From assembly GCF_009834535.1 (NCBI RefSeq), contig NC_045696.1, positions 77,936,001 through 78,000,000 of the forward strand: 64,000 nucleotides of DNA, read 5' to 3'. Below are positions 37,701-51,129 of the stretch, in pieces (position 1 is the first letter of the stretch; every line of letters begins with the position of its first letter). This DNA is from Camelus ferus (taxonomy: Eukaryota). The position numbers and the translations under genes were made by a program. The notes beneath the pieces are model-generated. The model made no database searches and was not told the DNA's origin. It saw only the letters and a program-made list of their open reading frames with translations.

Positions 37701-40423
37701 CTAAGTAACGCAAGGGGAGATTTCTTCCTCCAGCTTGAATTAATCTATTTGTTTTGTGATGGAGAGGTCATTACTAATGTCCAAGGTGAGGAGTAATATT
37801 AGGAAATGAATGTACAATCATCTTTTCACATTTCTATAGACAATAACTGAAAATATCTTTAATGTTTTTCGGTTGAGGATGCAATTCTAAAATGTATTAA
37901 GTCTTAGTCTGGAAACTAAAAGTTAACCATTTGGAAAAAAGAAGGATGGAAGAAGGGCAATTCTGGCCAGAGAAGTCAGGTCAAAGGACAGGCCTTGTCT
38001 GTCAGAAGCACATTCTGTGACATCAAACACTCGCTGCAGGGAAGAGAAAAACGCTCCCTACAAAACACTAAGAAGAATATGTTTGTCTGAAGCTAAAATC
38101 AAAAGACTTTAATTGAATTCAAAAACAGAATGAAACCACTGAGATTTAACAGTAAACTCAGAACTACATAGAAAGTAGTACAGAAGTGGTTAGTAGTAAT
38201 TCTCAAGTTAACAGAGAATTAAAAAATAAGACTTATTGAATTCAGAGTCCTTTATGCTAATTTATAGAAAATGGCACACACACAAATCAGAACTTTTAAC
38301 GTAAGACATGAAGTATTTAAGTAATGCTGAATGGAAAAGTAAACCACTGCCCCACTCCACCCTCCGAGGGAACCACCATAAAAAAAAAAAAAATGGGATT
38401 TAACTTCCTTGATTACTTTCCTATACAATATACACACACATTTACATGTATGTATATGTGCAGGTGGTGTGCTTATTTCACTTTAAAATTGTGATAATGA
38501 TCTTCAACTGTTCTTTCTGATTTAAGATTATATCATGAACATATTTCAAGGTTAAGGAATTAATTCTTATTCCCTGTTAGCTGTTAGAATTCTAAAGAAT
38601 GGTCACAATAGAAGCATTTCCTTTGATGGACATGTAGTTTAAATCTTTCCAAAGCACATGGTAGGTATTGTTGTTATTGTTTTCTGTATGTGGTAATAAA
38701 AGTAACTGTGAGCTTTACCTAGGGCTGCAGGAACCAAGGGAGTGAGAAATATTTCTCTACATTGAGATCCATTTATGTCAGGACACACCACAGGCAGTAA
38801 GGCCATCTAATTTCTTTGCTTCGAGATCTTCCAAGAGGAAGATCTCCCTTTCTAGGGTCTAGGTCCTCTTCCCCTTTCTCAGAGCAGTAAACAAATGGTA
38901 CTTTCATCCTGAGAGCCTTACAGTCTTATTTGGAACCTGTGTCCTTCTCTCAAATGTGGTCAATCCAGAGGGATCTGGGAGGGAGAAGGAGTAAAGAAGA
39001 CAGACTCAAGACACTATCTTCCCTTCTCATCATGCCCCATCTAAATTTGAGAAAGCCAGATTTCTTGAAGTGCAGAAGAAAATAAAATGAAGAAACTCTA
39101 AAATAGAAAATGGCTCAATGCATAGATTTCTTCAAAATGAACTGACTATTCTATCAGAAACAAATCCAGTGAGACAGAGAAGCAGCCATAGCTACTTAAT
39201 GGAAGAAATAAAACCAAATATTGGCATTTTCAAAACAAGAAAATCAATAAATGCAGGAAACTGTGTTCTAATGAAATCACTATTAATCTTCAGAAAAATC
39301 CAGGACATATTTAAATACATGATGTGTAAGCATTTAGAGAAGCACACAGGGGTCAAAGAAGCCAAACCGGTTCAGTAGATACAAGGCATGATAAACCCCT
39401 CCCTCTCTCCCACTCTCTTTTCTTCTTCTTCAATAATAATAAAAATAATAAAAACTTTAAAAAGAAGAAAAGGGAGAAAGAGAAGGGGGTAGAAAAAGAA
39501 AAAGGAGATTTATTTGGCAGCTACATAGAAATTTTAAAAAATATATATTGATTTTATGCATAGTAAATAAATACACGTTAAATATCAGTTAGAACCCACT
39601 GAACAAAAGTATGTTTGAAATTGGTTAAAGAAAGATTATGAAAGATTACTATGAATGAAAGAATTTTTGAAAGAAATGTAATATACTGAATTCTAGAGAC
39701 AGGTAGCATAATATTATTAAGGGCCATGCACTAAACCATATGAAACAAATAGAGATTTGGGACTCCTTGCATTTAGGTTACCAAAAAGTCAATTACCTAG
39801 GTATGGGAGAGGGAAGTCATGGTTTGACAATAGTTCAGTTAAAGGGGAAGGAAAATCTACTGTATGGATTGTAGTTTTCCATCAGCTACTTACAGACAAA
39901 CGTGGTTAGCACAGACTGAATGACTGGAGTCTGAACAAGGGTGTTGATGGTTTCTCTTCACTCTTCCAGCTCAACTACTCTTGGGATATTATCCTTGGTA
40001 TTTTTACATTAATGTAAAAGAAATTTTTTAAAATGACAGGAATGGATCTAGTTGAGAGAAGCTTCATGTTAAGAATTCCAGTTTATTGCAATTAACTACA
40101 AGTTAACTTGTTTTTGTATTACGTATTGCAGTTGATAATCTCTTACTCAAGAAAGTGGCATGTCTATTACAGACCTCTTTTTATCCATTACAAAAGGTAA
40201 CCGAGTTTTCTTTTGGCAATGATCACAGAAAAGTTAAAGAACTTGGCAAAATCATTATTGTTATAAAAAGGGAAGCATTTGGCCTAATCACAGAAACCTA
40301 TAAATATTTCTTTCACAAATTCATCTTGTGATATCTTCCACACGGTAAATCAAAATTAAGTCAACGAACTGATAATGTGCTAGGTCCAAAACATTCTGAG
40401 AGTACTTTATAGTTACAAAGAAC

Positions 40424-40830
40424 TACTGGGAGTCAGTTCTTCACAGGTCTCACACCTCTATACATCCTGTAAGTAGAAGCACCGACTGCCTTTGTTCTGG
40501 GCTATCATTTCAGCGATTTTTATATAGTAAACAGTCACGGAAAACAGAAGCAATCTCTTTCTCTCAAGCTTAATGTTCCTCTTGGGTGACACAACCCATT
40601 GTGTGTGCTAATGTCAGCTGTCCCTCTTCACATCACCTTGAACAAATTGGGGACTTGGGAAGTGGCACAGGAAAATGCTGAGATTCTGACTGTTGCTATT
40701 GGGATGAGTAATAGAGTTCTTGGTCTCTGACTGAGGAGGTCTGTGTCTTCTGCAAGGACCCATAACACTGTGGCAGGCTCACTTGTTAGCTGCAAAGTAA
40801 TGTAAAACCCAGACCCTTCACAGCGCTCAG
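40424..40830 (+). mobile_element. LTR40-like solo LTR (ERVL class)
   Basis: ctgggagtcagttcttcacaggtctc...agaagcaccgactgcctttgttctgggctatcatttca...cagacccttcacag resembles the LTR40 consensus. Confidence 0.8.
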
Positions 40831-41314
40831 AAACAGTAAATAAAACTGCTGCCTTTAATAAGGGGGTTAATCTACTTACAGAAAACTATTGATGGAAAAA
40901 ATCAGCGCATATATATAAAAAATAAAGCATTTAATAACACATCACATTTGATCCAAAATATATGAAATATTAATCTTAATGTGGCTTTCTGAGTACATTG
41001 ATGTTACATTTTTAAATTCTAAGATGATTTACTTATAATACTGATTCCTTAACTCTGCTGTATAAATCTATGAATAGCTACATAGAGTGAAAGGTTGTGG
41101 TCAAATGTACAGTCTTCTAATAAAGATAAGTCCATCTTTTCAGCAGCCACCCCCAGGTGAAGATAACATTACAAATTTAAAATATTAACCACAGCTTCTT
41201 ACAAATACCTCTTTCAGAGCTGTTGGTATTTAAAATTCCACAAATTGAAAGCCATTTTCCATTAAAAAAATTAACCCTAGAAAACTGTAAAAAAAAAAAA
41301 AAAAAAAAAAAAAA

Positions 41315-41805
41315 GAACAGATAGTAACAAATATTGGCATAGAGAAATTGAAATCCTCGTATATTGCTGGGACCAATGTAAAAATTGTGTAGCCATTTTG
41401 GAAAACAGCTTGAAAGTTTTTTCAAAAGGTCAAATAAAAAATTATTCTAATGTGATCCAGAAATTCCACCCCTGGTTACATATCAAAGAGAATTCAAAGC
41501 ATGTATCCACACACAAGAACTTGTACATAAAAGTTTGTATTAGCAATATTCAAAACTGCCAAAAGGAAGGAAAAAAAGTCCATCGATTAATGAATGGATA
41601 AACCAAATATGGTATATCATAAACATATACACCATATTTGTACCAGTGAACCCTGAGAATATTATATTAAGTGAAAGCAACCAGTCACAAGACAACATAT
41701 TGTATTATTTATGTATGTATTATATTGTATTGTGCTATTCCATTCATGTGAAATGCCCAGAATAGAGAAATGCATAGAATCAGAAAATAAATTAGTATTG
41801 CAAGG
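41315..41805 (+). mobile_element. Old L1 (L1MB-type) ORF2 end and 3' UTR
   Basis: tgtagccattttggaaaacag, atccagaaattccacccctgg, tgaatggataaaccaaatatggtatatc, gaaatgcccagaatag. Confidence 0.88.
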
Positions 41806-43357
41806 TATCCATCCCTGTCCCCTCTCCTAAAAAGTACATCAGTATCTTCCTAAGTTAATCACAGCCTCTATATTTACCTCTATTGTGTATTTTCTACACA
41901 GTGCTACTAATGTCTTTAATCTCTAAGACATTTGCTTATTGCTGCTGTTTCATGTTATGCTGTTCAATCGCCAGTATTTAGAGCCACTCATTCATTTAGA
42001 ATATAGTTTTGAGTAGTTACTATATGCCAAGCAATAAAGAGACAGTATAAATAAGATTTTGGCTTTGTAGGATTTACATTCTAATAGTATACATAGTAAG
42101 TGCTTGATAAACATTTGTTTAATAGATGAATGAATGTGATTTTTTAAAAAATTTTAGAATCAACTGACAATTGAGGAAAGAGTGACCACATTTAAAATAA
42201 AATGCTAAATGGACATGAACACTTTGTCTTTGAGTTTATACTTACTAGGGCTTGACGGATTCAATAAAAATGTTGACAACACATGGATGTCAACCCTCTT
42301 ACTAAATTTATTCCATCACACACCATTAAAAGCATCAGTTTAGATTTAATTAATTCTACTCAAAAATAGTGATAAGAAGCATTCAAGCCATTAAAATGAA
42401 AGTGATAACACAGAGGCAAAATAAAAATCCACTTGGATTATCTGCATAATTAAACTTATGTTACCTCTAAAATAACAAAACATGTAGAGGGTGCATTCAG
42501 TACTTGGTTATAAAGTAATCTAGTTAGGGGCTCATAAATAGCCTATTAAAATTAATTATAGCACTAAATTATTAAATGCAATATGTAAAACCACAATTGT
42601 TTCAGCATTTATCATGGCATAATGATGGCTCATCTACAGTGAGCGAACCCAGCAAATATACACAATTCATTAAGTGCATTTTGTTAAACTTGAGGGTACT
42701 CATGATTAGCCATCTCTTACGTAGTGAGATGAGACTGGCCTACATGAATATTAATTTTATTTTTCTGTTATCTACCAAGATTGGGAATTGACTTAAATAA
42801 ACTATATGACTTTTTAAATCTACAATCTATAATTCTATATACTTGGTTTAACTGTTTTGATTTACATGTTTCCACATTTAAGAAATATTTTTTTAGGACA
42901 GTATTTCTAGCTTTCTTCTGAAGACCACTACTGTCTTACAAGAATATTAAAAAGTGGTTTATGGTGGGAGGAGGGGAGGTCAAAAAAATTTAGGTAATAT
43001 TAGGTTTCAACAGTTAAAGTGGTTAATTTGTTGAATGATTTCTCAGATCCTAATTATCCTGACAGATTCTCAAGGAGGGGGAAAGAGAATATCAAGTTCC
43101 CATTCAATTAGAGGAGCTTTTTTTTAGCTTTAAAAAATTTTTTTCTTTAAACATACCACAGGTTTTCAACAAAACTCAGTTTTGTACACTCCTTTCTTAT
43201 CTGAAAACTTTCTAAGTAGGAAACACTGACATAAACTGTAAATAAATAAATAAACTTATTCTCCTTAGAATATAATAAATTTGAGTCTATTAAAATTTTG
43301 ATGATAAAACATTTGTTAAATAAATAAATTTAACAGATACGGCTTTGTGATTTAGTC

Positions 43358-43553
43358 CAGAAGTCAGCACACTTTCCTGTGAAGGTCAGGGAGTAGGAAT
43401 TTTTGAGAGACACGGGGTCTCCATTATGACTCCTCAACACGGTAGTTTCATCATGAAAGTAGCCATGGACAGTAAGTAACTAAATTCCCATGCTTATGTG
43501 AGAAAAACACTTAGTTTCAAAAACAAGAACCACACCATAGTTTGCCAATCTCC
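43358..43553. mobile_element. MER58A-like hAT-Charlie MITE
   Basis: cagaagtcagcacactttcctgtgaaggtcag...gaaagtagccatggacagtaagtaa...ccatagtttgccaatctcc. Confidence 0.8.
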
Positions 43554-44123
43554 ATTTTAGACAATGGAAATTGATTTGGAAGTAAAAGATTAAATCTGCT
43601 GTGGGAAACTACATTAAACTACATGTTGATGGCTAAGAATAAATTATGGTTCTATTCAATTCAAACTTCTTATCTTAGAATATCCTTTAAATCAATCAAT
43701 CTTAAAATTGCAGTGTTCTGTTCAAAGAGCAATACTTTCTTATAAACATGGGTCATTGTGTTGTTGAACTATTGGCCTTTTCTGAATTTCACAGAGAACA
43801 GATGGCACAGTTTTATATTAAATGTTAATATATTCTAAGTTTGACGTACACTAGGTTTAAGAATTCCCATTATGTTCTCAAAACATCGTATTAAAAAAAA
43901 AAAAGATTCCTGTCTACAAACGTTTGTTTCACAAGCAAGAGAATTTTTGCCTTAGACCACCTGGCAAGTGTTTACTCTTCAAACAACTCTTCAGTTTTTA
44001 AAGGTGTATGAAATAATGTCATATTCTTTCATGAACCGTTTGAAAAGATTTCTTCACGTTTGACTTCATTTATTTATCTATTTTTACCTGAGACTCTTTC
44101 CTTGAACCATTTTCAGCTCTTAC

Positions 44124-44143
44124 CCAAACAGCATGCTTTTATC
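44124..44143 (-). other. Candidate micro-exon, 20 nt
   Basis: gttacatttttccactttccag|GATAAAAGCATGCTGTTTGG|gtaaga. Confidence 0.4.
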
Positions 44144-46264
44144 CTGGAAAGTGGAAAAATGTAACAGTACTTCAGTTGTCTAAGGCGCTCCCCTCCTGTG
44201 ATACTGATATCCTAAATGAAGAGCTTCTACTGAAAGCATTTAAGATTCCGTATCAAAGATAGGACAAGACACAGCAGTTAGTCCAAGAGAAGGGCAAGTG
44301 AGCAGTATGGTAGTAAGCGGGTTAATAGGAAAACTAGGGCACTGAGGCTCATCCTTCCAAACAGAGCAATCGCATCACACTGACGGGTGCCATGAAAATT
44401 CCTACAATTGGACTGTTGCTGGCGGTACCTGCTGCTGTTCTCACTGTCCCAAGTCTACAGTCATCTGTCGCTCCACAAATGAGACATATGTTAAACAGGA
44501 ATTTACACTCTGCTGTTCTTCAAACCTGATTCACACTACGTTTTATAAATCAGTTATATTCTATGACAAAAAGGGAAATAATTTCTAACCATTTAAACCA
44601 GACCATTTATATTTGTGTGAGTTTTTATTTGAGAGAACCGAAACAGTCTCTACTACTTACAACTCTAGAATACTACCCTTATAGACCTTCAGTAAGCAAA
44701 CATACTAAGAAATTAAAATATATTTTCTATTAAACAGAGTACTTAAAACATACTGATGAAACTATTAAAATCGGTATATTTATTTTAAAAGACAATGATA
44801 AATATAGACTTGACATTTAAATAGAAAGATTCATATACTTGAGAAATTATTAAATAAAAATATTTTTAGAAAAAATTTTAAAATATTAAATCTATTGGTC
44901 AACTTATTTAAATGGGAGAAATATATCTTGTATTTTTCTGCTTTCTCCTTTCCCACTAAAATTTGAATTGTCAAATAAAGGTAAAATAATTGTATTGCAT
45001 AAAAAACAAGCATAGACAAATAAATGTTTTAAATTAATGAGAATAAATACATGGGAAATAAATACACTAGAAAATAACTTCATCAACAAAATTACTCTAA
45101 GAACACATAAGAAAAAGTATAAAATATACTGGATTTTTAGAACATTTTATATAATGTTAAAAAGATGTTCTCGTAACTAGTGCCTTATATAGTAAAGGGT
45201 AACTTTTATTAATTCAACATCTTTTTTCTCATAAATAACATTATATAGAGAAAAGATGGAGATTTTAAAAACAATATTGCTTAAAATTTCCTAATAATAT
45301 TGACATTTCATTAGATTCAGTGTCCTGAGGCAATGTTGCTATACTCTCTAAAATGGAAAACATGGTAGGCAAAGCAATGCAGTTAAATTGACTCTGTATC
45401 ACTAGATAATACATCTTCAGCAGTTTCATATAACAGGTGAAGCTTTACATAAAAGTCTCCACTATATTAAATATATACTTTCTGAATATCTGGAAAGAAA
45501 AGCCTGATTTCTGAAATATAAGATAAACTCACTATGAACGAATATAAATGTTTTTCAAAAGAATTCATAAGACTAATCAGTTGCTAGATTAAAAGAATAC
45601 TGTAGATATTGTATATAGGGGATTCAGCAAGAAATTTGACACTTTTTTTTGTCATGTGATATCTTTGCAGACAAAACGGAAAAATGAGACCTAAATGATA
45701 ACACAATCAGGGAAATGTCTATCTTAGTGAATGCCTGTGCTAAACAACGTCAAGCAGGAGAAAGGCCTCTATTGCGGTAGATCTTAGACTATGGAGAAAG
45801 GGGGAAATGCATATCAGACACAGAGGGATGTGCTTTTCGAAATACATGTGCTGAGGCCACCTTGTTGGGTAGATGAAGAGGACGGTGATGGAAGAAGGGA
45901 CATGGATACAGGTATTTTGAAAAACCTTCCCAGGTGAATATATATACAACCCTTCAACAACCCATCTGCTAACTTACTGTGGCAGTCTACAAAGCTGAAT
46001 TCTTGATCTTCTTTGATTCCATATATTAATGAATAATTTGGATGAGAAATATAAAGTCCTCTGGATAACAGACTTGCTGATAAGACTTACCCAATCAGAC
46101 GTATCAGTGAGCAAAAAAATCACAAAAATGGGGACGTAAGACCTAGGTTACAGATAATTGTTACTAGAAGCCATGTAAGATACACGGAAAAATAAAGTCA
46201 AAATTAGGTGGGTAGATGATAGATCAAAATATGAATAGTTTGCAGTTTGGGTCAGAATTATTAA

Positions 46265-46490
46265 TAGTTAAGTATGTATAGCAGACTCTGTTCTCAGCAC
46301 TTTGCATACACATTAACTCATTAATTCCTCACAGCATCTGTATGAGCTAGATATTATAATTATCCCCATTACACAGATAAGAGTGGCACAGAAACATTAA
46401 GTAACTTGCCCAAGGCCATAAGCTATCAAGTGGTAGGTCCAAAATCTGGACCCAGGTAATCTGCTCACAAAACTCACACTCTCAATCACA
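46265..46490 (-). mobile_element. MIR SINE, near full length
   Basis: attaactcattaattcctcacagca...attatccccattacacagataag...aagtaacttgcccaaggcca. Confidence 0.9.
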
Positions 46491-47648
46491 AAGAGTCATG
46501 GCATTTACTTTTGTACTCAGCTTTGACACTGTTCTCCTTCCTGTTTTCAAGTGACAGAAAAAAGTTGGACACTTGACAATACGTAACCAATAAAAAAGCT
46601 TGGAGAGTTAGTAATAACATAATCAGGAGTCAAATACTGTGGACTTATTGAAAAAATGGATTTCAGCCTATAAGGTGAAAATTACTAGGATTAAATGTGA
46701 AGTCCTGCATTTAAGTGCCCAAAAGATATCCACTTCCTACCATAATGAAGTAACAGGTACAAGATTAGCCCGATCACAAATAACTAGAAAACTGGACAAC
46801 TAGTATTTTCGGGCAGTGAAATACTGTGAACTCTGAAGAAAGGGAAAAAAACAAAACAAAACAAAAACAAGATGAGTATTATGATTGTTCAAGCTTTCTG
46901 CCCAGAAATATTTTCCAGAAGACACAACAGCACAGTAGATGTGTTCAGATAAAAAGCCAGATACCAGAGTCTGAGGAGGCTGATGCTGCCGGTATTTGCA
47001 GGCCAGAGTACAGTGAAGGAGGACCTCTACAGGACAGCACAGCACAGGAAATAGCTCTAGACGTCAGCATAAAGGTCTCCTACAGATCCTGGATGCATAC
47101 CAAGCCGCGAATACACAGGGTCAGACTCAACAAGGCCAGGTAAAAGCTGATTATCAGGAAACATACAGGGAAAGAACTCAATTAAATGAACTGCCTGCCA
47201 GGGTAAAGCACAACATAAAGAAATACAACAAAATCCACAGATGCAGCCACATAACACTCAGAAGGTTCAGCATCCAATCAAAAACAGTCAAAATGTGAAA
47301 AAGCAGGAAAATATAACATGTAACTAGGAGAAAAATAAGACAACAGACACAAAAAACAAAATGACAAAGATAATCGAATTTCTTAACAAAAAGTGAAAAA
47401 ATTAAGAATAAATTCAAGGATTTTAAGAGAAAGATGGACAGAATGAGCAGAGAAATATATTTTTTTAATCAAATGAACCTCCTAAAACATAAAACACAAC
47501 ATTCAAAATGGAAAACTTACTGGGAGAGCTTAACAGTAGATTAGAAACTGGAGAGGAAGAGATCAGTCAATTTAAAATCACAGTAACAGAAACAACTGAA
47601 ACTGAAATATAGCAAAAGAAAGTTGAAATGAAAGAACAAAGCTTCAGT

Positions 47649-47773
47649 CCATAGACAGATGACTGGATAAAGAAGCTGTGGTATATTTATACAATGGAAT
47701 ACTACTCAGTCATAAAAAAATAAAATAATGCCATTTGCAGCAACATGGATGGACCTGGAGATTTACATATAAA
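47649..47773 (+). mobile_element. Young L1 internal (ORF2-end) fragment with 18-bp TSD and no 3' UTR
   Basis: acagatgactggataaagaagctgtggtatatttatacaatggaatactactcag...gcagcaacatggatggacctggagat. TSD aaagaacaa(a/c)gcttcagt at 47631-47648 and 47774-47791. Confidence 0.88.
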
Positions 47774-49010
47774 AAAGAACAACGCTTCAGTGTCCTGTGA
47801 ACAATATCGAGTTATATAACATATGTAAATTGGAGTCCCAGAGTTTTGATGGTTGGGAGAGGAGAAAGATGTTTGAATAAAGAATGGCAGAACATTTTCT
47901 AGATCTGATGAAAAATAATGGTTCCCAAATCCAAAAAACTTAAGAAACACCAAGATAACTATATGTAAGCATATCATAATCAAATTGCTTAAAACCAATG
48001 GTAAATAAAACTCCTAAAAACTCTGAGGAAAAAAATACATTACATATATAAGAAAACAAACATAAGAATGACTTTTCAGAAAAATATGAGTCATAAGTCA
48101 GTAACATAATGTCAGTAAAGTGCTGAAAACAATTGAAGGGACAAGACCCTCTATGGTTAAAAAAAAATTCTTTAAAATGAAGGTAAAATAAAGCGATTTT
48201 CTGAAGGATTAAGAAGAATTAGCCATCATTAGAGTTATGTTACAAGAAATATTAAAGGTCGTTCTTTAGGCTACCAAAAAAGTAGATTGAAACTCAATTC
48301 CACAAAAAGTAATGAAGAGAGCTAGAACTGATAAATATGTGGGTATATACAAAATACTTTTTTCAGTTTCTTTGAAAGATAGTTGGCTATAAGAAATAAG
48401 AATAACGCACTATCTGGTCTATAGCAATTGCAGAATTAAGCATTCTAGAACAGCACAAAGGATAGGAGGGGAAAATGAAAGTATGTTTTTCTAAAGTTCT
48501 TACATTCTATATGAAATAAAATAATTCTACTTGCATATAGACTGAAATAAGTTAAAAATGTATATTGTAAACCAGCAAACAACTGGGTGGAGGTCAGAAA
48601 AAAAATGTAAAGCTAATAATTTAATAGAGGAGGTAAAGTGGGCACTTGAAAATAATACTCAATTTAATACATAATATATAACAGGAAAAAGAAAAAAGAA
48701 CAAATGGGAAAATAGAAAATAGGAATATAGTAAATATAAATCAAATATACCAATTTTGGGGTTGAATATAAATTGGACCAACATATAAATTAAACATAAG
48801 AGTGGATAAAGAAGAAGAATCCATTATATATTACCTAAAACACACTTTAAATACAAAGACAGATTGGTTAAAGGTAAAAGAATGGAAAGAGCTGGAATAG
48901 CTATACTGATATCAGATAAAGTAAGATTCAGGACTAAAAAAAAAATATTAACAAGGATTTTTAAAAGGCATTTGATAAGAACCAAGAGGGCAGGTTATCA
49001 AGAGGACGTA

Positions 49011-49434
49011 TGTTGGAGGAGGTCATCAAGAAGATATGACTGACAGTTGACACGTGAGCTGGACCGGCGCGGTAGGATGTTCCTGGACTCTTCCCCTGTG
49101 CTTGGAATGTGTGTTCTATTTGCCTTCCCCGATCCTAAAAGCTGCTCCAAAGATACAGCTTTGAAAGAGCAATGCGATGTTGAGGCTCTCAGCACTGCGT
49201 ATGTGACTGAACTCAGTTAAAGTCTCTATATTAAGATTCTGGCAGGCAGGCTTGGAAATCTCCTCACCTTGGCAGCCCAAGACAAGCCTCCTAAGAAAGT
49301 TCCCTGCTTACTACACTTGTCACCTACCAATCTGGAGCAGTCTGTGTTTCTCTTTGGTCTCTCCTGGCCCTTTGCATATGGGATCCAGTTTCACATTATA
49401 CCCGGGAAGCTTCCACGGAGGTTGCAAAGCAACA
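49011..49434 (+). mobile_element. Solo LTR with 5-bp TSD (ERVL class) nested in L1 ORF2
   Basis: TGTTG...CAACA ends. TSD acgta/acata (CpG-type difference) at 49006-49010 and 49435-49439. The L1 sequence resumes across the site. Confidence 0.88.
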
Positions 49435-51129
49435 ACATAACCCTAAATTCGTATACATCAAATGTCAGAGCTTTAAATTTACACGGATCAAAATAACTAT
49501 AAAGATGTAAATCAATGAAGAAATTGATCAGGTTGATGGGTTGGCAGACACAACATTGTTAAGATTTCAATTCTCCCCAAATAGCTCTGTACATCCAACA
49601 CAATCCCAATCAAAACCCTAATGGACTATGTTGCAGAAACTGGCAAATTTATTCTAAAATTTACACTGAAAACCAAAAAGCATTAAAAAGCCAGCATAAT
49701 TTTAAAAGGTAAAAGAAATCTGTAGCACTAATATTTCCTCATTCCAAGTCTTACTACAAAGCCAGTATAATCAATAGAGTTATATTGCTATAAGAACAGA
49801 CAAATAGATGACTAAAACAAAATAGAGTCCAGTTAATAGTCTGAACCTCATATGATTAATTAATTTTCAACAATGGTACCAAGGTGAATAAACCACAAAA
49901 GCAAAATATTTCCACCAAATCCTGTTGGCCAATTTGATAGCCACAAGCCAAAAAAATACAAATCTTGCTTTATACTTATTGGACCAACAAGCATATAAGA
50001 TGCTGAAAATCACTGATTATCAGGGAAATACAAATTACAACTATGAGTAAGCAAACACTAGAATGTTAAAACAAATAAATACAGACTAACAATACAGGTG
50101 TTTCCATACTGTGGGGAAAGGGAAATCTCAAACACTACTGGTGGGAGTGTAATATGGTAGAACCACTGTGAAAAGCAAATTGGCATTTTCTTATAAGATT
50201 AAATATACACTTACTGCATGACCCAGCAATTCCACTCCTAACTGTTTGCTAAAAAAAAAATGAATACTTGTGTTTACAAAAAGATTTGCACATGAACATT
50301 CACCTCAAGTTGATTCAAAATAGCTCCAAACCTGAAATAACCAAAATGCCAATCATTAAGAGAATGGATAAGTCAACTGTGGAATATGTATATAATGGAA
50401 TATACTGAGCAATCAGATATGGATTAATGATATATACATCAGCACAAATGAATTTTAAAAATATGTTGTGCAAAAGATGCCAGGCATGAAAGAATACATA
50501 TGATCCCACTTACATGAAGTTCTAGAGTAGACAAAATAAATCTACAGTAATGCTACTCTGACCAGTGGTTTCCTGGGACAGGTGGTGGTGGGATTGACAG
50601 GAAAAGAGCATGGGAGAACTTTTGGGGGTGATGGAGATATTTTATACCCTGTTTGTAGTGATAGTTACACCACTGTCTACATTTGCCAAAGCTCAATCAA
50701 TTTTACATTTAAAATGGGTGCATTTTATCATATGTAAAGTATACCTCAAGAGAGTTGGTTAAAATATAAATATGGGACAGGGTAATCTTAACTTTGGTTT
50801 ATTCCATGTACAAAATTCCAGATGACTTTGGCTGGTGGCATGTTCAATTTGAGCCAGTTACCAAAAAGATTTCTAAATGTGAGGCTGCCTGAATAGAAAA
50901 GCAATAACTAGAGGACAAGAATTAGTAATATCATAAATATGTCCAGTTGTGTGTGCTATACTTTAAGAGGGCACTCCACACTCTGGGAAGACGATAATAC
51001 TCTTAATGAGAGATCTCAAGATGAATGTTCAGAGTGGCTAGAATTGCTTCTTGCTTGAGAAAGAGAGAACTTGGGATCTTGTAGCTGTTCTGAAATATTT
51101 AAAGATTAACATGGTAGAAACTATTTGAT

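Larger units (their letters stand above)
46730..50765 (+). mobile_element. Old L1 (L1M/MD-type), internally deleted, 5' UTR to 3' end
   Basis: ORF1-like coiled-coil region ~47400-48330, endonuclease remnant ctatactgatatcagataaagta, RT-region gttaagatttcaattctccccaaa, 3' end tatgtaaagtatacctcaa. Confidence 0.88.

Noticed and set aside
44392..44529. 45-aa ORF with a signal-peptide-like start (MKIPTIGLLLAVPAAVL...)
   Set aside because: Short, no recognisable family and no supporting promoter or splice context.
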